A DNA stretch of 63,378 nt, the filler included, from Octopus bimaculoides (taxonomy: Eukaryota), in NCBI RefSeq assembly GCF_001194135.2. It is 4 parts of 4 records of this genome, joined end to end, with 100 filler letters (N's around TTAATTAATTAA, not from the genome) between each part and the next. Parts side by side here need not be neighbours in the genome. Positions count along the whole stretch, not along the records: positions 1 to 19,152 come from NC_068989.1; positions 19,253 to 45,249 come from NC_068982.1; 2 more parts are not named here. One strand, 5' to 3'. Both the position numbers and the translations under genes were made by a program. This document shows positions 12,798 to 27,559 of the stretch, piece after piece. A model generated the notes under the pieces. It ran no database searches, was not told the DNA's origin, and saw nothing but the letters and a program-made list of their open reading frames with translations. The first letter of the stretch is position 1; each line of letters opens with the position of its first letter.

Positions 12798-13550
12798 ATA
12801 TATATATATTTCTGAGGTCCCGTGTTATTGTTAGATAATCGTTGAAGCCACAATAGGTTCATCCGTCCTTTTGACAGGTCTTGTTGTTAATCCATTTGCG
12901 TTTCTAGCAACCCTGCTAACCAGGCAAGCCTAGTTGCAGTTGCTGATTTAGTCACCGACGACTCGACCATGCAGCATGAGGGCTGTTGGTAAATCATAAC
13001 ATGGAATCCTGTCTCCATGGCATATAAGCGACCGAGATCACAACATCCTCCATGAACGAGACGCCAGTCGATAGCAGGGCACGAATAACGTGAAATGAAA
13101 TCGTTTATTCAGAGTACAATGCTCCATTCGGCCCGGGAATCGAAGCCACGATCTTGCGACCATAAGTGCAACATCGTAACCACAAGGCCACGCGCGGCCA
13201 CCAGCTATATAAATATTTGGATCAATAAACTTAATCATCAACGTTTAACATACAGCGAGCATGATAAGGTTCTTCTATTCTTTTCATTACACCGTGCCTT
13301 TGGGAGCAGATCAAACAAACTTTATTTTTACTGCAAAAGGAATTGTAATATGTGATCTCACCAATTAGATTAAGGTTGGCGATTCATTAGCCTAGAAATA
13401 AATGCATTACAAAATTCTGTTTTGAAAAGTGTCTGAGGGAAGAGAGTTTTCTAACTCGGTTGATATCAATTTGTATAGCTGTGTGAGTGGGTGTTTAAAT
13501 GAAATTCGCGTGGCCTAATGGTTGGTGTGATGCAGATTATGGTTTCGATT

Positions 13551-13960
13551 AAGGCGGCGAGCTGGCAGAATCGTTAGGACGCCGGGCGAAATGCTTAGCG
13601 GTATTTCGTCTGTCTTTACGTTCTGAGTTCAAATTCCGCCGAGGTCCATTTTGCCTTTCATCCTTTCGGGGTCGATAAATTAAGTACCAGTTACGCACTG
13701 GGGTCGATATAATCGACTTAATCCGTTTGTCTGTCCTTGTTTGTCCCCTCTATGTTTAGCCCCTTGTGGGCAATAAAGAAATAAGAAACGTTAGCACGCC
13801 GGGCGAAATGCTAAGCAGTATTTCGCCTGCCGTTACGTTCTGAGTTCAAATTCCATCGAGGTTGACTTTGCCTTTCATCCTTTCAGGGTTGATAAACTAA
13901 GCACCAGTTGCGTACTGGGGTCGATCTAATCGACTGGTGCCCTCCCCAAACAAAATTCGA
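13551..13960 (+). mobile_element. Two tandem SINE family A copies, CpG-intact
   Basis: aaggcggcgagctggcagaatcgttag..gccgggcgaaatgcttagcggtatttcg...gttctgagttcaaattccgccgagg, repeated at about 13790. Confidence 0.85.
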
Positions 13961-14149
13961 GCCTTGTACCTAGAGTAGAAAAGATCATGGTTTCGATCTC
14001 CAGACCAAGCGGTGCGTTGTGGTTTTGAACAAGATACCTCGTTCCACGTTGCTCGACTCCACTCAGCTGTTAATGGATACCTTTGCGACTACATGGTGTC
14101 CTTTTCAAGGGGAACGTTGTAATCTCGGTTCTACGTGTCTTATGACTGG

Positions 14150-14410
14150 AAGACAATCCCCCAATGGATTGGCACAGATTATCGTGGATGGGCTCGTTCA
14201 ATCGATTCTCATCGAATCGAACAGGTCGGTCGGAGCGTGGAGAGTGTGTATGATCGAGTTTCTTCTCCTTCAAGCGCGAAAACCATTTCTTTGCAGTTCT
14301 TTCGGTAAAAGCACCTCTCCGTCCACAGCCCAAATGTTTCGGATCGCTTTGGCAGTTTTGGAATCTTGGATTGAAAGCGAAAAAAAACAGGTGTCGAAAA
14401 TACTCGTTTT
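14150..14410 (-). mobile_element. Mariner transposase N-terminal (paired HTH) remnant
   Basis: NEYFRHLFFFAF... then GAFTERTAKKWFSRLKEKKLDHTHSPRSDRPVRFDENRLNEPIHDN, matching the mariner W-F-x-R-F...D-x-P-R-S-G-R-P motif. Confidence 0.82.
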
Positions 14411-16663
14411 TGTCTTTTTATTTAAACCCACCACCACCACCATCAACAGCGCCACCATCGTCAGATATTTGAAAAGAGGTAAAACTTTACTCAAATTGCA
14501 AAGACTTGGCTGTTTTGTAAGAAATTTGCTTCCCAACCACATGGTTCTGGGTTCAGTCCCAATGCGCGGTACCTTGGGCAAGTGTTTTCTACTGTAACAA
14601 CGGACTGACCAAAGCTATATGAGTGGGTGGGTTCGGGAGACGGAAACTGGAAGCCCGTCGTGTGTGTGTGTGTGCGTGTGTGTGTGTGTATGTATGTGTG
14701 TGTGTGTGTTTGTGTTGTGCGTGTGTGTTTGTGTGTGTGCGTTGCGTGTGTTGTGTGTATGTATGTTGTGTGTGCTGTGTTTGTGTGTGTGTTTGTCCCC
14801 CACCATTGCTTGACAACCGGTGTTGATGTGTTTATGTCCCCGTAACTTAGTGGTTTGGCAAAGAGACCGGTCGAATAAGTAACAGGTTTTACAAAAAAAA
14901 AACGATAACCACTGGGCTCGATTCATTCGATTAAAGATTCTTCGTGGCGGTGCCCCAGCATGGCCGCAGTCTAATAACTGAAACGAGGAAAAAATAAAAA
15001 ATGAAATATAAAACAGTTGCAGAAAAAAAGAATAGAGTCACAAAAACAACCATAAACCACAACAATAAAAATATTTTTCGTGTTAATTCAAATAAAATTA
15101 GAAAGAAACGAACGAATTTATCTGACAACCAAATACACGTTAACTTGCGTTGTATTTAGAGATTCTTAAAGTACCGGGTTTCTGTAGGCTAAAGAAACAT
15201 TTATGCTTTGAATAGAATCACATTTTGTCGTCTGCCAGCTATAAAACACAGTGTAATTTTTCAGCTCTCTGAATCTAAGTTCTTACGGTGGCCTTTCAGT
15301 TATTTTTATAACGACGAAGCTGGGGTTTTATAGTTTGAAGATGGTTTGTTTGTAAGCGAAATAATTAGACTTGTAAAATTAGTAGTCGTCTCACGTAGTT
15401 TCTATAAAGAAAATTATATTGTTTAATTGCTGCTAGTTTCCTATACCATCCTTGCTGTGACCTATTGACTTATACTTCTTTATATTAATTATCATGCTCG
15501 CATTTTATTATTTAGCCATTATATTCTGGTGTTGTCTTCTTTTTATTTTCGTTAATAAAATCTTTCGTTGACTTGGCCTTTGTCGCATTATTTCGCCTGC
15601 ATACGAAATTTTTAATTAGAATGATTCACCGCTGAAAACAAAATATGTATTAACAAAATAAATACTACTTTCAGAACCGTAAAAGCTTCCACAGACTTCT
15701 GAAAACTTCCCTCGCTTATTCTATTATTTCTATTAACATAAAATAACGCATAGCAATTAAAAAATATTTTTTTGTAATTTTTAATTCTCGTTTGTTTTTG
15801 TTTTGTTTTTTTAAGAAAATGATCGTTAAACATGAATGACTCAATGAAATAATATTTTAAACTCCACAGACATTCATTCTATTACAACAAATAATGATGA
15901 TGATGATGGAAATTGCACGGGAGAAAAACAAACATCCACCATTACAAACATTTTTACATCAATGATTCAAAGTGAAAATTGATTGTTTTTCATAAATCTC
16001 AGAGAAATGATATCGGCGCCGTTTATTTTTGTAAGTTACAATTAAGTAGTAGTAGTAGCAGTAGCAGCAGCAGCAGCAACAGTAGTAGTAGTAGTAGGCG
16101 GTGGTGGTAACAGAAATGTACTAACAGTGACAATTACAACTAGTTCCAGTTGAGAAGGAGACTTAATCTCAAAAATGGAAGATTCTCTGAAACTGACATG
16201 CCTTGAACGAAAAAGATAAGAGGACAATCGTGGACACGTGTTTCTGGTTCAATAGCCATCATCAGAATGACAACTGTGTGATTTTCTCTCCATATATATA
16301 TATATATAAAAAGGCGTAGAACGCGTTTATGGTCTAAGTAATTTGCATAATTTAAACGAAAGTAAGCCAATAGAAATCACTCAAAGTAGCTAATGACATG
16401 TATTTGAACAACATAGGCCAATACAGGTGTATCAAATGCCATACAACATAGATTTCTGATTTATTAAAACTATCTCCACTTCTAGAATGTGTATCGCAGT
16501 TACCAAATAACAATTAAAGCCAGCTCTACTTGAGAAAGAGATAATCACCTGAATCAAGTATTCTCCAATGTGGACATGTCATTAAGGAAAAAGAGAGGCT
16601 TATTGCCTGGAGATAAAAAGTCAGCCATGAACACGTGAGCCTTGTTCTAGTATTTTGGCGGGT

Positions 16664-17052
16664 ATTTTTTTCTAATATTTCTAGTCATACTTCTTCTATG
16701 CTTGTTAAATATTTCAACCGTTTGGGGGGTATTTTGGGGGTATTTTTTCTAATATTTCTAGTAGTACTTCTTCTATGCTTGCTAAATATTTCAACCGTTT
16801 GGGGGTATTTTTTTTTNNNNNNNNNNNNNNNNNNNNNNNNNNNNNNNTTTTCTAATATTTCTAATAGTACTTCTTGTATGCTTGTTAAATATTTCCACCG
16901 TTTGTGGGTATTTTAGGGGATATTTTTTCTAATATTTCTAATAGTACTTCTTCTATGCTTGTTAAATATTTCAACCGTTTGAGGATATTTTGGGGGGTAT
17001 TTTTTTCTATTTCTAGCAGTACTTCTTGTATGCTTGTAAAATATTTCAACCG
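16664..17052. repeat. Minisatellite, ~70-75-bp unit, about 5 copies (interrupted by a gap)
   Basis: Unit approximately tttttctaatatttctag/atagtacttcttctatgcttgttaaatatttcaaccgtttggggg(t)attttggggg. Confidence 0.9.
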
Positions 17053-19100
17053 TTAACTTCGTTTTTTTTTTCCATTTCCTGGAGCATTCCTGCTATTTGT
17101 TTTCTCTTGTGTTTCGACTACATCTTCTGTTCAAAGGCCTCTCCCAATTGTTCGACAATGTGTTTGTAGTTTAAAAGAAAAAAAAAAACCTTATCCAAGT
17201 AATTACCTTGTTGTCCATACACCTCCCTAGATTTATTCTCTTTCCCTTCATGTTCATTCATCATTGATTTCTATTTTAGTTTTTATCACGTTCTTGATTG
17301 AATCGTTTGCGGTTTGTAGCCGAACTGTTTGTTTGGTTCAAATAATTGTTGTTGATTTTCCTATCGATGGATTCCTTCCAATTTAGTGACGGTGTCCTCT
17401 TTCAGATGGTCGTTACTTTCGAGTACTTTTTTCTCTTATGTAATATTTCTCTAATATTTGCTTCTCTTTTGTTTTTCATTTCTGTCTTTTTATTATTGAT
17501 TTGATTAAGAATTGAAAGATATTTTTGTTTTATTTTCTTGTATGTTTTTCTTTTTTATGTTGCTTGATTGGGTTTTGATATTCCAACACAAGTAAATCTG
17601 ACAGACTGTCCACTTTCCTTTGTTACTACTCTCGTTGCTATATACATTATTCCTTTATCCTCGTAACTTTGATGTTTGAGACTAATTTCATTAAGCCTAC
17701 AATGACAAGCGCAGGATTATATTATTGTTGCTTCTGTATCACCGTTAAGTTTTATCTTTGGCGGGAGGAATAATTTCGTTGGACCGTAGAAAAATCTAGC
17801 AATTCTATTCCTTTAATTTTAGATCGTTGCATCTCGGTAGGTTCATTACGCCAACGGTAAACAACACACGCACTGTTTCAATTTCACTTCTTTATTAGTC
17901 ATCAATTAGTCACCTATTTAAGCTAACTGATCAATTTTTTTGATTAATCACTCAGTTAATCAATCGGTTATGATTATCAAACTCCTTTTGTCGCCATTCG
18001 TGAACTCTTCAATGACATGTCGTCTCTTCTCCAGGTCAGCTTCAGGTTTGTCTCTCTTTTAGTTTTAGGTTTAATGTTTATGTAGTTGTGTTATGTAGAT
18101 GTATTATATTCATAATCCATCTTAAAATTTTTAACAATTTTTCTTGTATTTCCTTTTGTCCATAATTCTCTTTGCGTTGCATGAATTCAATATTTGTTGG
18201 CACCTTGGGCAAGTGTCTTCTACTATATCCTCGGGTCGACCAAAGCCTTGTGAGTGGATTTGATAGACGGAAACTGAAAGAAGCCCAGACCGGCCATGTG
18301 TGTGTTTATTGAGCTAAAGCACCTAAAAGCTTCACGAGGATCCGGCAAGGAGTGGTGGTGACCCCTGTTGTACTCTTTCGCCCCAACTTTCCCTCACTCT
18401 TTCTTCCTGTTTTTTGAGTAACGCTGCGATGGACTGGCATCTCATCCAGCCAGGGGGAACACATACGCCAAAGAAACCAGGCCCATGAGCCTGAACAGGC
18501 TTTAAAAGGAGCTTAAATAAAAAAAAAAAGTATACATACGTGATGTTAAAATTCCAATGAAGGAGCCTTGGATCTAGGTTAAGAACCAGCTATTTCTGTA
18601 TTGGCAAAAAATCTTGAAACAAAACTAAACAATTACACATATACACAGCACATTCTTACTGGATATGTAACGATTATTTAACTTTCAAAGTAATTCACAA
18701 AAAGTCCATCTTTACATACATTTCTGTTTTTATTTGTATATACGTGTGCATTGTGCTGACTTTTGAAACAAGAAAATGAGAGCTCAGTATAGCATAACAG
18801 ATAAAAACAAAAGCGAAGTTGTTCATTTCATCTGCATTTAAAAATGAAAGTAATTTTCTATATTTTAACTATTTCTGTCACATTTTCAATATATTTAAGT
18901 ACACTAAACATGTTTGCGGTCATTACAGATGACACGTTAATACTACTAAATGACCATATGTGTATGTGTGTGCGTGTTTGTGTGTGTGAGCATGTTTGTG
19001 TGTGGGGGTGTGCGTATAGAAAGTAAGAGAGAGAGAGAAAGATAGGGAGAGATTATATTTGTATATATTCATGTATCTACTTATGTAGAATTATATATAT

Positions 19101-19152
<52 letters not shown>

Positions 19153-19252
19153 NNNNNNNNNNNNNNNNNNNNNNNNNNNNNNNNNNNNNNNNNNNNTTAA
19201 TTAATTAANNNNNNNNNNNNNNNNNNNNNNNNNNNNNNNNNNNNNNNNNNNN
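19153..19252. other. Synthetic assembly spacer (44 N + TTAATTAATTAA + 44 N)
   Basis: The same 100-bp structure occurs three times. The palindromic 12-mer puts TAA stops in all six frames. Confidence 0.93.
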
Positions 19253-19530
19253 GATTTCCTCTCGAAAGAAGGTAAGATTTGTTTTCTCACTGTGGTAGCA
19301 ATTGCGAGACAGGTTATTTGGAAAACGAGGATGGAAGGTATAAGGTCAGGCATTTTCATATCTAGCTCTGCACTGGTGAATTATTTCACCTTCCACCTCG
19401 AAAGAGAAGTAGAGCTAGAGAGAAAATGCCTGACTGCGAAAATGTTTGAGAGTCGATGGAAGAGTGTAGCATGAAAGTTGCGAATAAATGTAACCACATG
19501 AATGAGACGAAGGACTCATCTCAGCTATCA
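19253..19530 (+). mobile_element. Tx1/L1-clade LINE 3' fragment (diverged subfamily)
   Basis: DFLSKEGKICFLTVVAIARQVIWKTRMEGIRSGIFISSSALVNYFTFHLEREVELERKCLTAKMFESRWKSVA aligns with the protein at 1-322. Confidence 0.7.
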
Positions 19531-20389
19531 GTGGTGAGGCGGGGCACGAGGGGTCCGTGCTAAACCCGCCTTACCATTCCATCCGTAATGTCTTCCGGTC
19601 TGTCGCTTCATTCGATTTTATTTCGCTTTCATTGTAAAATTTTTAAATGCATGTTCCTGTTAATTCATCCGTTTTCATCTGACCCCAAATCAGGTTGTAT
19701 CGTCCCCTCTATGTCGCCCCTTGTGGGTAATAAAAAAAAACTGACTTCGTTGATGTCTGTGTGTCTTTTTTACCCTGAAGAAGGGGTTATCACCAATTTG
19801 TGCTCTATTGTGCATTAAATACGGTGATATACCCCCGAAATGGCCATAGGTGTTCTGTGTTTGTGTTCCACCTATACTCGTAATCCACTGTAAATGATGT
19901 TTATGGTTTGACTTTACTGATGTCACCTGCGGAATGGTGAAACTTGGATTTTACTTTGCCACACTTTGGATGTTCTGTTGTTGTTTTGTCCCGTGCGCTT
20001 CGGTATTCCTGTTTATGAAATTGAATTTTACCTACTAAATTTGCTGTCATAAGGGAGGTAGTTGAACTTTCGTACTACTTGTCTTGAATTTTTTTTCTTG
20101 GCTATTGGCCTCAGCGAATGAACTGTTGTGCTATGTCTCCCTATGTATTATTTTTTTTCTCTATATTTTTTCTATATATATATATTTTTTTATTCTACTG
20201 TATTTGTACCAGTCTCTAATATTTTTAATCAATTTTTAATCGCTGTTTATTTATTTATTTATATTATTCTATTGCATTTTTAATCGATTTTTATTTTTAC
20301 TAATTTGGTTTTTGTGGTTTATGTTGTACTTCTTATATGTGGTCGATGACCTAACGGTTTTATTCTTTGTATATATATATATATGTATG

Positions 20390-20438
<49 letters not shown>

Positions 20439-20520
20439 GGGTATGTATGTGTGTGTATATNNNNNNNNNNATATATATATGTATGTGTATGTGTGTATTT
20501 GAGTATATATATATATTTGT

Positions 20521-20563
<43 letters not shown>

Positions 20564-20722
20564 GTGAAACTCAAAGTAAAAAAAGGCATAAATAGTAGTG
20601 TGTAAATATTGGGTTAAAAATGCCTTTGGTCTGAAAAAGTCAATGGCTTGACTATTGCCCCTCCCCCACACGAAATAAGAATTATTTCACATTCTCTCAA
20701 AGTTTCTAAATTCTTATAAAGT

Positions 20723-20762
<40 letters not shown>

Positions 20763-21100
20763 GATATTATTATATTGTATTGTATTATATTATGCACGCA
20801 CACACACACACATCTACTCTTTGCTAACATCCTTCCAAACACCACTCTTCTCTTTCCATAGTCGTATAAGCCATTTATAGTCATTAAATGTCTACCAGTA
20901 TTTTCTATCAATGAACAACACTAACCAGCGACACAATTTTCAGACAGTTAATCACAAGGTCTCTCTCTATATTATTATATTTCTTCAGTTGAATACCTAC
21001 ATATTTACCAAGCTACTGATCACTCATTACGAACTCTGTAATTCTAATAATATTAAATGTTTCCATAGGTGTAAAGAACACATAACATGAGTGTGTTACC

Positions 21101-21151
<51 letters not shown>

Positions 21152-22177
21152 ATATACACCTCTGTGTGTGTGTGTGTGTGTGTTTGAATGCCTTAACCAG
21201 ATTTAATATCAGCATTATGCTAGAACTATCATATATCTTTTGTGGTCTATGTTACAGCCATTGTTATTAAATGTTATTGTGACTGCTACAGACATCAACA
21301 TTTGAAATCATGACTTTACCACCACCAACACCACCATTACCATCATCATCATCAGCATATCAGACTGTAAAAAGAAAAAGTTTTGTCTATCAACCTCACC
21401 AGAAACACAACAACTACTACCAGTACCTCCAACACATCATCAACATCGTGGTTTTTATTATTATGGCAACCAGATTATAAGAAACACTAGAACACTGAAA
21501 TAAAGGCCTTAGTTTCATTAGTCAAAACTACTGTTGTTCTGTCTTGGTTCTAGATATTCATTGTTCAAATCCCATTGTGGTTGATATTGGTATATATTCT
21601 TTCAAGGTGGATGAAAGTAATATACTGAGATTGAATTAATCAATTGAGTCTCTATTCCACCAAGGTCATCTTTGCCTTTCATCCTTATGGGGTCAATAAA
21701 ATAAGTACCATATGAACACTGTACTCAATATAATCAACTAACCCCCACTCAAGGTTTCAGGCCTTGTGCCTATAGTAAATAGAATTATTATTATTATTAT
21801 TATTATTATTACTTTTATTATTATTATTATCATCATCATTATTATTACTACTATTAAGTGGTTGGGGTGCATGGCCTAGTGGTCAGAGTGTTCCACGCAC
21901 AATTGCAAGATCGCAGTTTCACTTTTTAGACCAAGTGGTGTATTGTATTCTTGAGTAAAACATTTCATCTCATGTTGCTCTGGTGTATTATGCAATACCT
22001 GATGCATCCTGATGCACAGTACACCATACACCTGTTCAGGCAGTGTCGATTTGATGAAGAGAGCAAGCTAATGTGCAGCACATGCATTTGGTCACTGTAA
22101 ACAAATCAATGTGTAAGTCATTTGGCAAAAAGCCAGATACTCATACCTCATCTCCAACAGGAGAGTCTGTCTTTATT

Positions 22178-22552
22178 AAGGCAGTGAGCTGGCAGAACCA
22201 TTAGCATGCCAGATAAATGCTTAGCAGCTTTTTGTCTGTCTTTACATTCTGAGTTCAAATTCCACTGAGGTCAACTTTGCCTCTTGAAATTTGAGGTTGA
22301 TAAAATAAGTACCAGTTGAGTAAGTACTGGGGTTGATGTAATCAACTTAATTGCTTCCCTGAAAATGTTGGCCTTGTGTCAAATTTTGAAGCATTAGTAT
22401 GCTGGACAAAATGCTTAGTGATATTTTGTCAGTCTTTGCATTCTGAGTTCAAATACTGCCAAGGTCGAATTTGCCTTTCATCCTTTCAGGCTAATAAAAT
22501 AAGTACAAGTGGCTGTACTAGTGGCTGTACATATTAGGATAATTTTGTTGTA

Positions 22553-22583
<31 letters not shown>

Positions 22584-22790
22584 GGTGGCGAGGTAGCAGA
22601 ATCATTCGTAGGCCAGGCGAAATGCTTAGCGGTATTTTGTCTGTCTTTATGTTCTGAGTTCAAATTCCGCCGAGGTTGACTTTGCCTTTCACCATCTCGG
22701 GGTCAATAAATTAAGTACCAGTTGCATACTGGGGTGGATCTAATCAACTGGCCCCTGCCCCCCAAATTTTGAGCCTTGTGACTAGAGTAG
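22178..22790 (+). mobile_element. Cluster of three SINE family A copies, the first two strongly CpG-decayed
   Basis: aaggcagtgagctggcagaaccattagcatgccaga... is the same consensus with CG changed to TG or CA. Confidence 0.8.
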
Positions 22791-22842
22791 AGAAGATTAT
22801 TATTATATTATATTTCATACGTACTGTATGTATTGGATATAA

Positions 22843-22876
<34 letters not shown>

Positions 22877-22892
22877 AAATATGTATATATGC

Positions 22893-22928
<36 letters not shown>

Positions 22929-22937
22929 ATATACGTA

Positions 22938-23098
22938 GAAGCACCCACTACACTCTCTGAGTGGTTGGCGTTAGGAAGGGCATCCAGCTGTAGAAACTCT
23001 GCCAAATCAGACTGGAGCCTGGTGTTGCCATCCGGTTTCACCAGTCCTCAGTCAAATCGTCCAACCCATGCTAGCATGGAAAGCGGACGTTAAACGAT
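22938..23098 (+). mobile_element. Repeat family E (RTE-tail-like SINE)
   Basis: gagtggttggcgttaggaagggcatccagctgtagaaactctgcc...gcatggaaagcggacgttaaacga(tga)n. Copies at 30520-30812, 58088-58212 and, degraded, 24830-25080. Confidence 0.8.
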
Positions 23099-23543
23099 AT
23101 GTATGTATATGAATGTATGTGTGTATATATATATATATGTATGTATGTATAATATAAATATAATATATATATATGTAGAGGTTATGAGAGGTAATGGTGT
23201 CAATAAGACCCAAAGGTGTCAGGTAATGCTGAGTAAGCGCTATGGGCAGACTATATTTTAAATACTATTGTAACTAACTCACAGGGTACTGGAATCTTAT
23301 ATGTATGGCATTCTGCCTAATTAACGGATCTACAGATGCAATATCCCTGCATATCTCTCATCTATTTTCATTCCTCCATTTCACTCTCTCTTTCATATCT
23401 TATATAGAAGAACTATTGCTTAACCATTTTCTCACACTGTCTCTGATGAAGGGATATGTAAAATATCCTGGAAACAGCTGTAAGACCTATTTATACATGT
23501 TCTAAAATCTTTCACAGCGTTGGATTTTTATCTCATTCTGAAA

Positions 23544-23578
<35 letters not shown>

Positions 23579-24362
23579 GTGAGAGATGTCTCTGTGTACT
23601 AATGTGTGTGGTGATTGTTGATGTTACATCCTTATCCCTGCTTGAGCACAGGAGCATTGATGACAACATTCTTAGCTGACATTTTTATTTTTTATTTTCC
23701 ACTTTCAGAGACCTATGGAATAAGATATCCTTTAAAAGGTAGGTGACAGGAAGAGCATGCAATCATCAAATTCAACCTCAACTACTTCCCATTCACATTT
23801 GCTAGTGCAGAGAAAAAAACTAAAAGAAATGGATGTTAAGATGAATGAATGAACATCATAATTAAATTCTCTAATATACTTGTAGTACAAGTTGCACATA
23901 TAAATGATGAGTGATGCAGTATTGAACGAAATTAAATATAAAATCTATGAATACTTTTTTTTCCAGTATGTCTGGCATCAAAGTTAATAGAACATTAAGG
24001 TCACCCTTCATAGAGGAGCAAACCTGAACTTTTGAATGGCATCATACTCAACATTTTGCTATGGACTGTGATACTTGACTTAGTGTGGTGACAGCCATCA
24101 TCAAACACAAATATACAATGATAAAGAGGAATTTGTTAAGATTCATGGTTCCATTATTTACATATTCATAGATTAACATCAAGACAGGGAAGATAACAAA
24201 ATGGAAATTTCTATAGTCAAACCTTTAGAGTTTATTTGAATAGAAGCAGCTCAAGTAGTTTAGATATAATGTTGTACCATGTTTATATGATTTCCAATTC
24301 AATATAATATAGCTTGCTTCAGTCTTAAAATCTTCATTATATACACACATGCACACCATCTG

Positions 24363-24425
<63 letters not shown>

Positions 24426-26742
24426 TGTTTCATATGAATCAATGCCACACTGGGGTCACTTCAAAAAGAGACTGATAAGAGAAGTGGTAAAAGGGAGAAA
24501 GAGAATGAGTAATTGAAAGATGACACTTTGTAACATTCAACATATGCATTGAAGTAATAAATAATAATAATAATAATCAGATCAACGAAATTAACCTAAA
24601 ATAGAAGATAAAATTTTCTAATAGTCAAAATCTCTTAGTGGGTTTAAAGAAAGTACTTTTAACTTTATTGTATTACAGTAGCTAAACTGATAAATTGTCA
24701 TACAGGAGCTGCATGCATTCAAGATCAGACATTGATCACACAGATACAACTTACATGAAGTTGTAGTTTATTTTAGTTCAATAAAATTTCATTTGTTACT
24801 TTGTAAAATGAATGCTGATTCCACATAAAAAGCACCCCAAGTTGGTACCAAACCATAAAAAGCACCCATGCTGGTGTCATGTATAAAGAACTGGTGCTTT
24901 GCCACATAAAAAGTGCCAAGTTTACACTATAAAGTGATTGGCATTAGAAAGGGCATCCAGCTGTAGAGACCATGCCAAAACTGACAACTGAGCCTGGAGC
25001 GGCTCTCCAGCTGACCAGTTCCTGTCAAACCATCCAAGCCATGCCAGCATTGAAATCAGATGTATGATGATGATGATGAATTAAATGGATAAATTTAAAA
25101 AGCACATATCTGTATATCTCTCTTCCTCTCATCATATTCAGAATCATTTAAACATTCAATTTCCCATGCCTATATGGGTCAGATGGGATTTGTTGAGGTA
25201 AGTTTTCTAAGGTCAGATGCTTTTTCTGTTGTCAACCCTCACTTACTGTCAAGCAAAGCAATATCTCACCCTGACTGGACATATTGTCATGGAAGATGAG
25301 AAAAGAATGACACTGCTTTGTAACAATACCACTCATTTACAACATTTTTGTGATGTCAAAACAAAGAGGCGCAAATCCACACACAAACATATGCACAAAT
25401 ACATACACATATATATATTATAATGAATAAGAAATGAAAATGATGTTTATGTGATGACCGAGAATGGAGATTGTTAAATGTTGCATAACAATAAAACAAA
25501 ATGTCCATTTCATTTCATCAGGTGTTGAAGCATCAAAACAGTTTGCATCTTACTACTTCATTCACAAGGCTTTGGCCAACCTGAAACTATAGTAGAAGAC
25601 AATTCCCCAAAGTCCCACTGTACAACACTTTGGGAAAATGTCTTCTTTGTGAAAATGTTTGGAAGCAAACTTCTTGAAAGCACACCCGCATCCCCTACAT
25701 CTCCTTCCTGCCTTGCATAACAAAAAGTACAAGACTTAATGTTCTATTGTTATTTGTGAGTACTTGATTTAGTAATGCATTTATGTAGAGAAATAGATTG
25801 CTCAATAATAGGATAAGGTTTATGAAATAAATGACATAGGTTTTAATAACACTATACTTTTTCAGAAGTAGTACTGCAAATATTAAATGATAAATATGTA
25901 AAATTATATAGCTGTTAAAGTTTATGACATATGTAGCGCAATCAACGATACTTAGAATATAAAATGCTCTTCGCTATTTTTTTTTTTCATTACCTAATTT
26001 CTATTGAAATACATTGATTTTGTTTCAGTTAAGTTTGAAATTACTGAAAAATTTAGAAAGTTAATTTTGTCATTATTAAGTGTTTGGAACAAATTAACAT
26101 GAAATTTTGGTGGAAGGTTTTAGCTTGCATTGCTTTAAAACAGGAAGTTAGTATTATAGAATTATGGGTAGTTGCAAGCAGGTTGGTATCATAAGGGTTA
26201 AGGAAATTATCTTAAAGTTACTGATACAAAATAAAATTAGATTGTGTATTAGCTGGCTTGCAGACTGGTTGGCTGGCTGGCTGGATGGACAGACAGATGT
26301 AGAGACAGACAGATGTAGAGACAGACAGATAGATAGATGATAGATAGATGGAGAGAGGGATGGATAACTGAATGGTAGAAGGAGATGAGAAAGAAGAATG
26401 AATACCAGTTCTTGAGCAATTGTTTATATCTTGATGCTTAAATTATGAAAAATTGAAGTTGACTTTAATAGGATCTCAGCTCAGACTACAAAGAACCAAA
26501 ATAATTTCCACAAACAGTTTGTCCTACATTCTAATGATTCTGCCAATTCACCTATAACTTCTATATCAACCTTTTTTTTTTTCTTTATGTAACTCCCCTT
26601 TTTCTTTTTCATTAAACTTTTTTTTTTTAATTCCTTTGCTATTTAGCTATATGAGTTGTAACTGGAATGAGATTTGTAGAAAACAAAATTTTTTTCCCTA
26701 GCAGGTTGTCATAACCAAGTTATTATCAATAGATGTACTTAC

Positions 26743-26806
26743 CTCTGTATTACAGATTCTGTATCGTTTCCTCTCTCCAATACAGTACTTTCCTCCATGA
26801 GAAGGT
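26743..26806 (-). CDS. ADAMTS7/12-like: ADAMTS exon: second half of TSP1 repeat
   Basis: ttttttag| ... |gtaagt, 64 nt, phase 2 to 0. (P)PSHGGKYCIGERKRYRICNTE. Confidence 0.95.
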
Positions 26807-27359
26807 CTAAAAAAGTGAAAAAAATATATATACACACCATGAGTAAATATCATACTACTTAAGTGAAATGCTATATATGTAAATATTGAACAATGAGAAT
26901 GAGTGTTCAACACTGCATTGACAAATAAAGATTCTTTATTTTTATATTAAGGTTATCATTGGTTTCATGTTAAGAAATATCTTAACAAATTTTCAAGCTA
27001 ATCACTAAGGAAAATTGGTATTTTACTCCAAAATGGAGACAAACACTCATTTTCTTTTTGTGATTGGCTTGAAAAATTTATATTTCTTAACATGAACTCA
27101 ATGGTAGCCTTAATACNNNNNNNNNNNNNNNNNNNNNNNNNNNNNNNNNNNNNNNNNNNNNNNNNNNNNNNNNNNNNNNNNNNNNNNNNNNNNNNNNNGT
27201 GTTTTTTCAATTGCATGAACTAAAAGTCGGAGGGGAATGGGATAAACTATGTGCATCAACTTGCTATAAAAGCAGGTAGTAATTTTGCCTCATAGTTATT
27301 CTTAGTGCAAGTTTTGAAGAGTGCAGTTCAATTTTAACAGTTATTTTTTCAAGGCTATA

Positions 27360-27530
27360 ATGGAAGTGACAAAGGAGCATATTCAGCATATTTTGCTTTA
27401 TGAATTCAATAAAGGCAACAACACAAAGGAAAATGTGAGGAATATTAATGCAGTATATGGGGATCGGACAATAAGCATAAGCCAGTGTCGATGGTGATTC
27501 CAGAAATTCCGAGTTGGAAACTACAGCCTG
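27360..27530 (+). mobile_element. Mariner transposase N-terminal remnant
   Basis: MEVTKEHIQHILLYEFNKGNNTKENVRNINAVYGDRTISISQCRW*FQKFRVGNYSL. In-frame stop at the conserved WF. Confidence 0.85.
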
Positions 27531-27559
27531 TACAAGACAGTTCAGTATTCTCAATAAAT

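Noticed and set aside
16664-17052. CRISPR array
   Set aside because: Eukaryotic context, whole units repeat without unique spacers, and there are no cas genes.
18844-19026. ORF with a hydrophobic, signal-peptide-like start
   Set aside because: AT-rich chance ORF ending in (GT)n, with no supporting exons.
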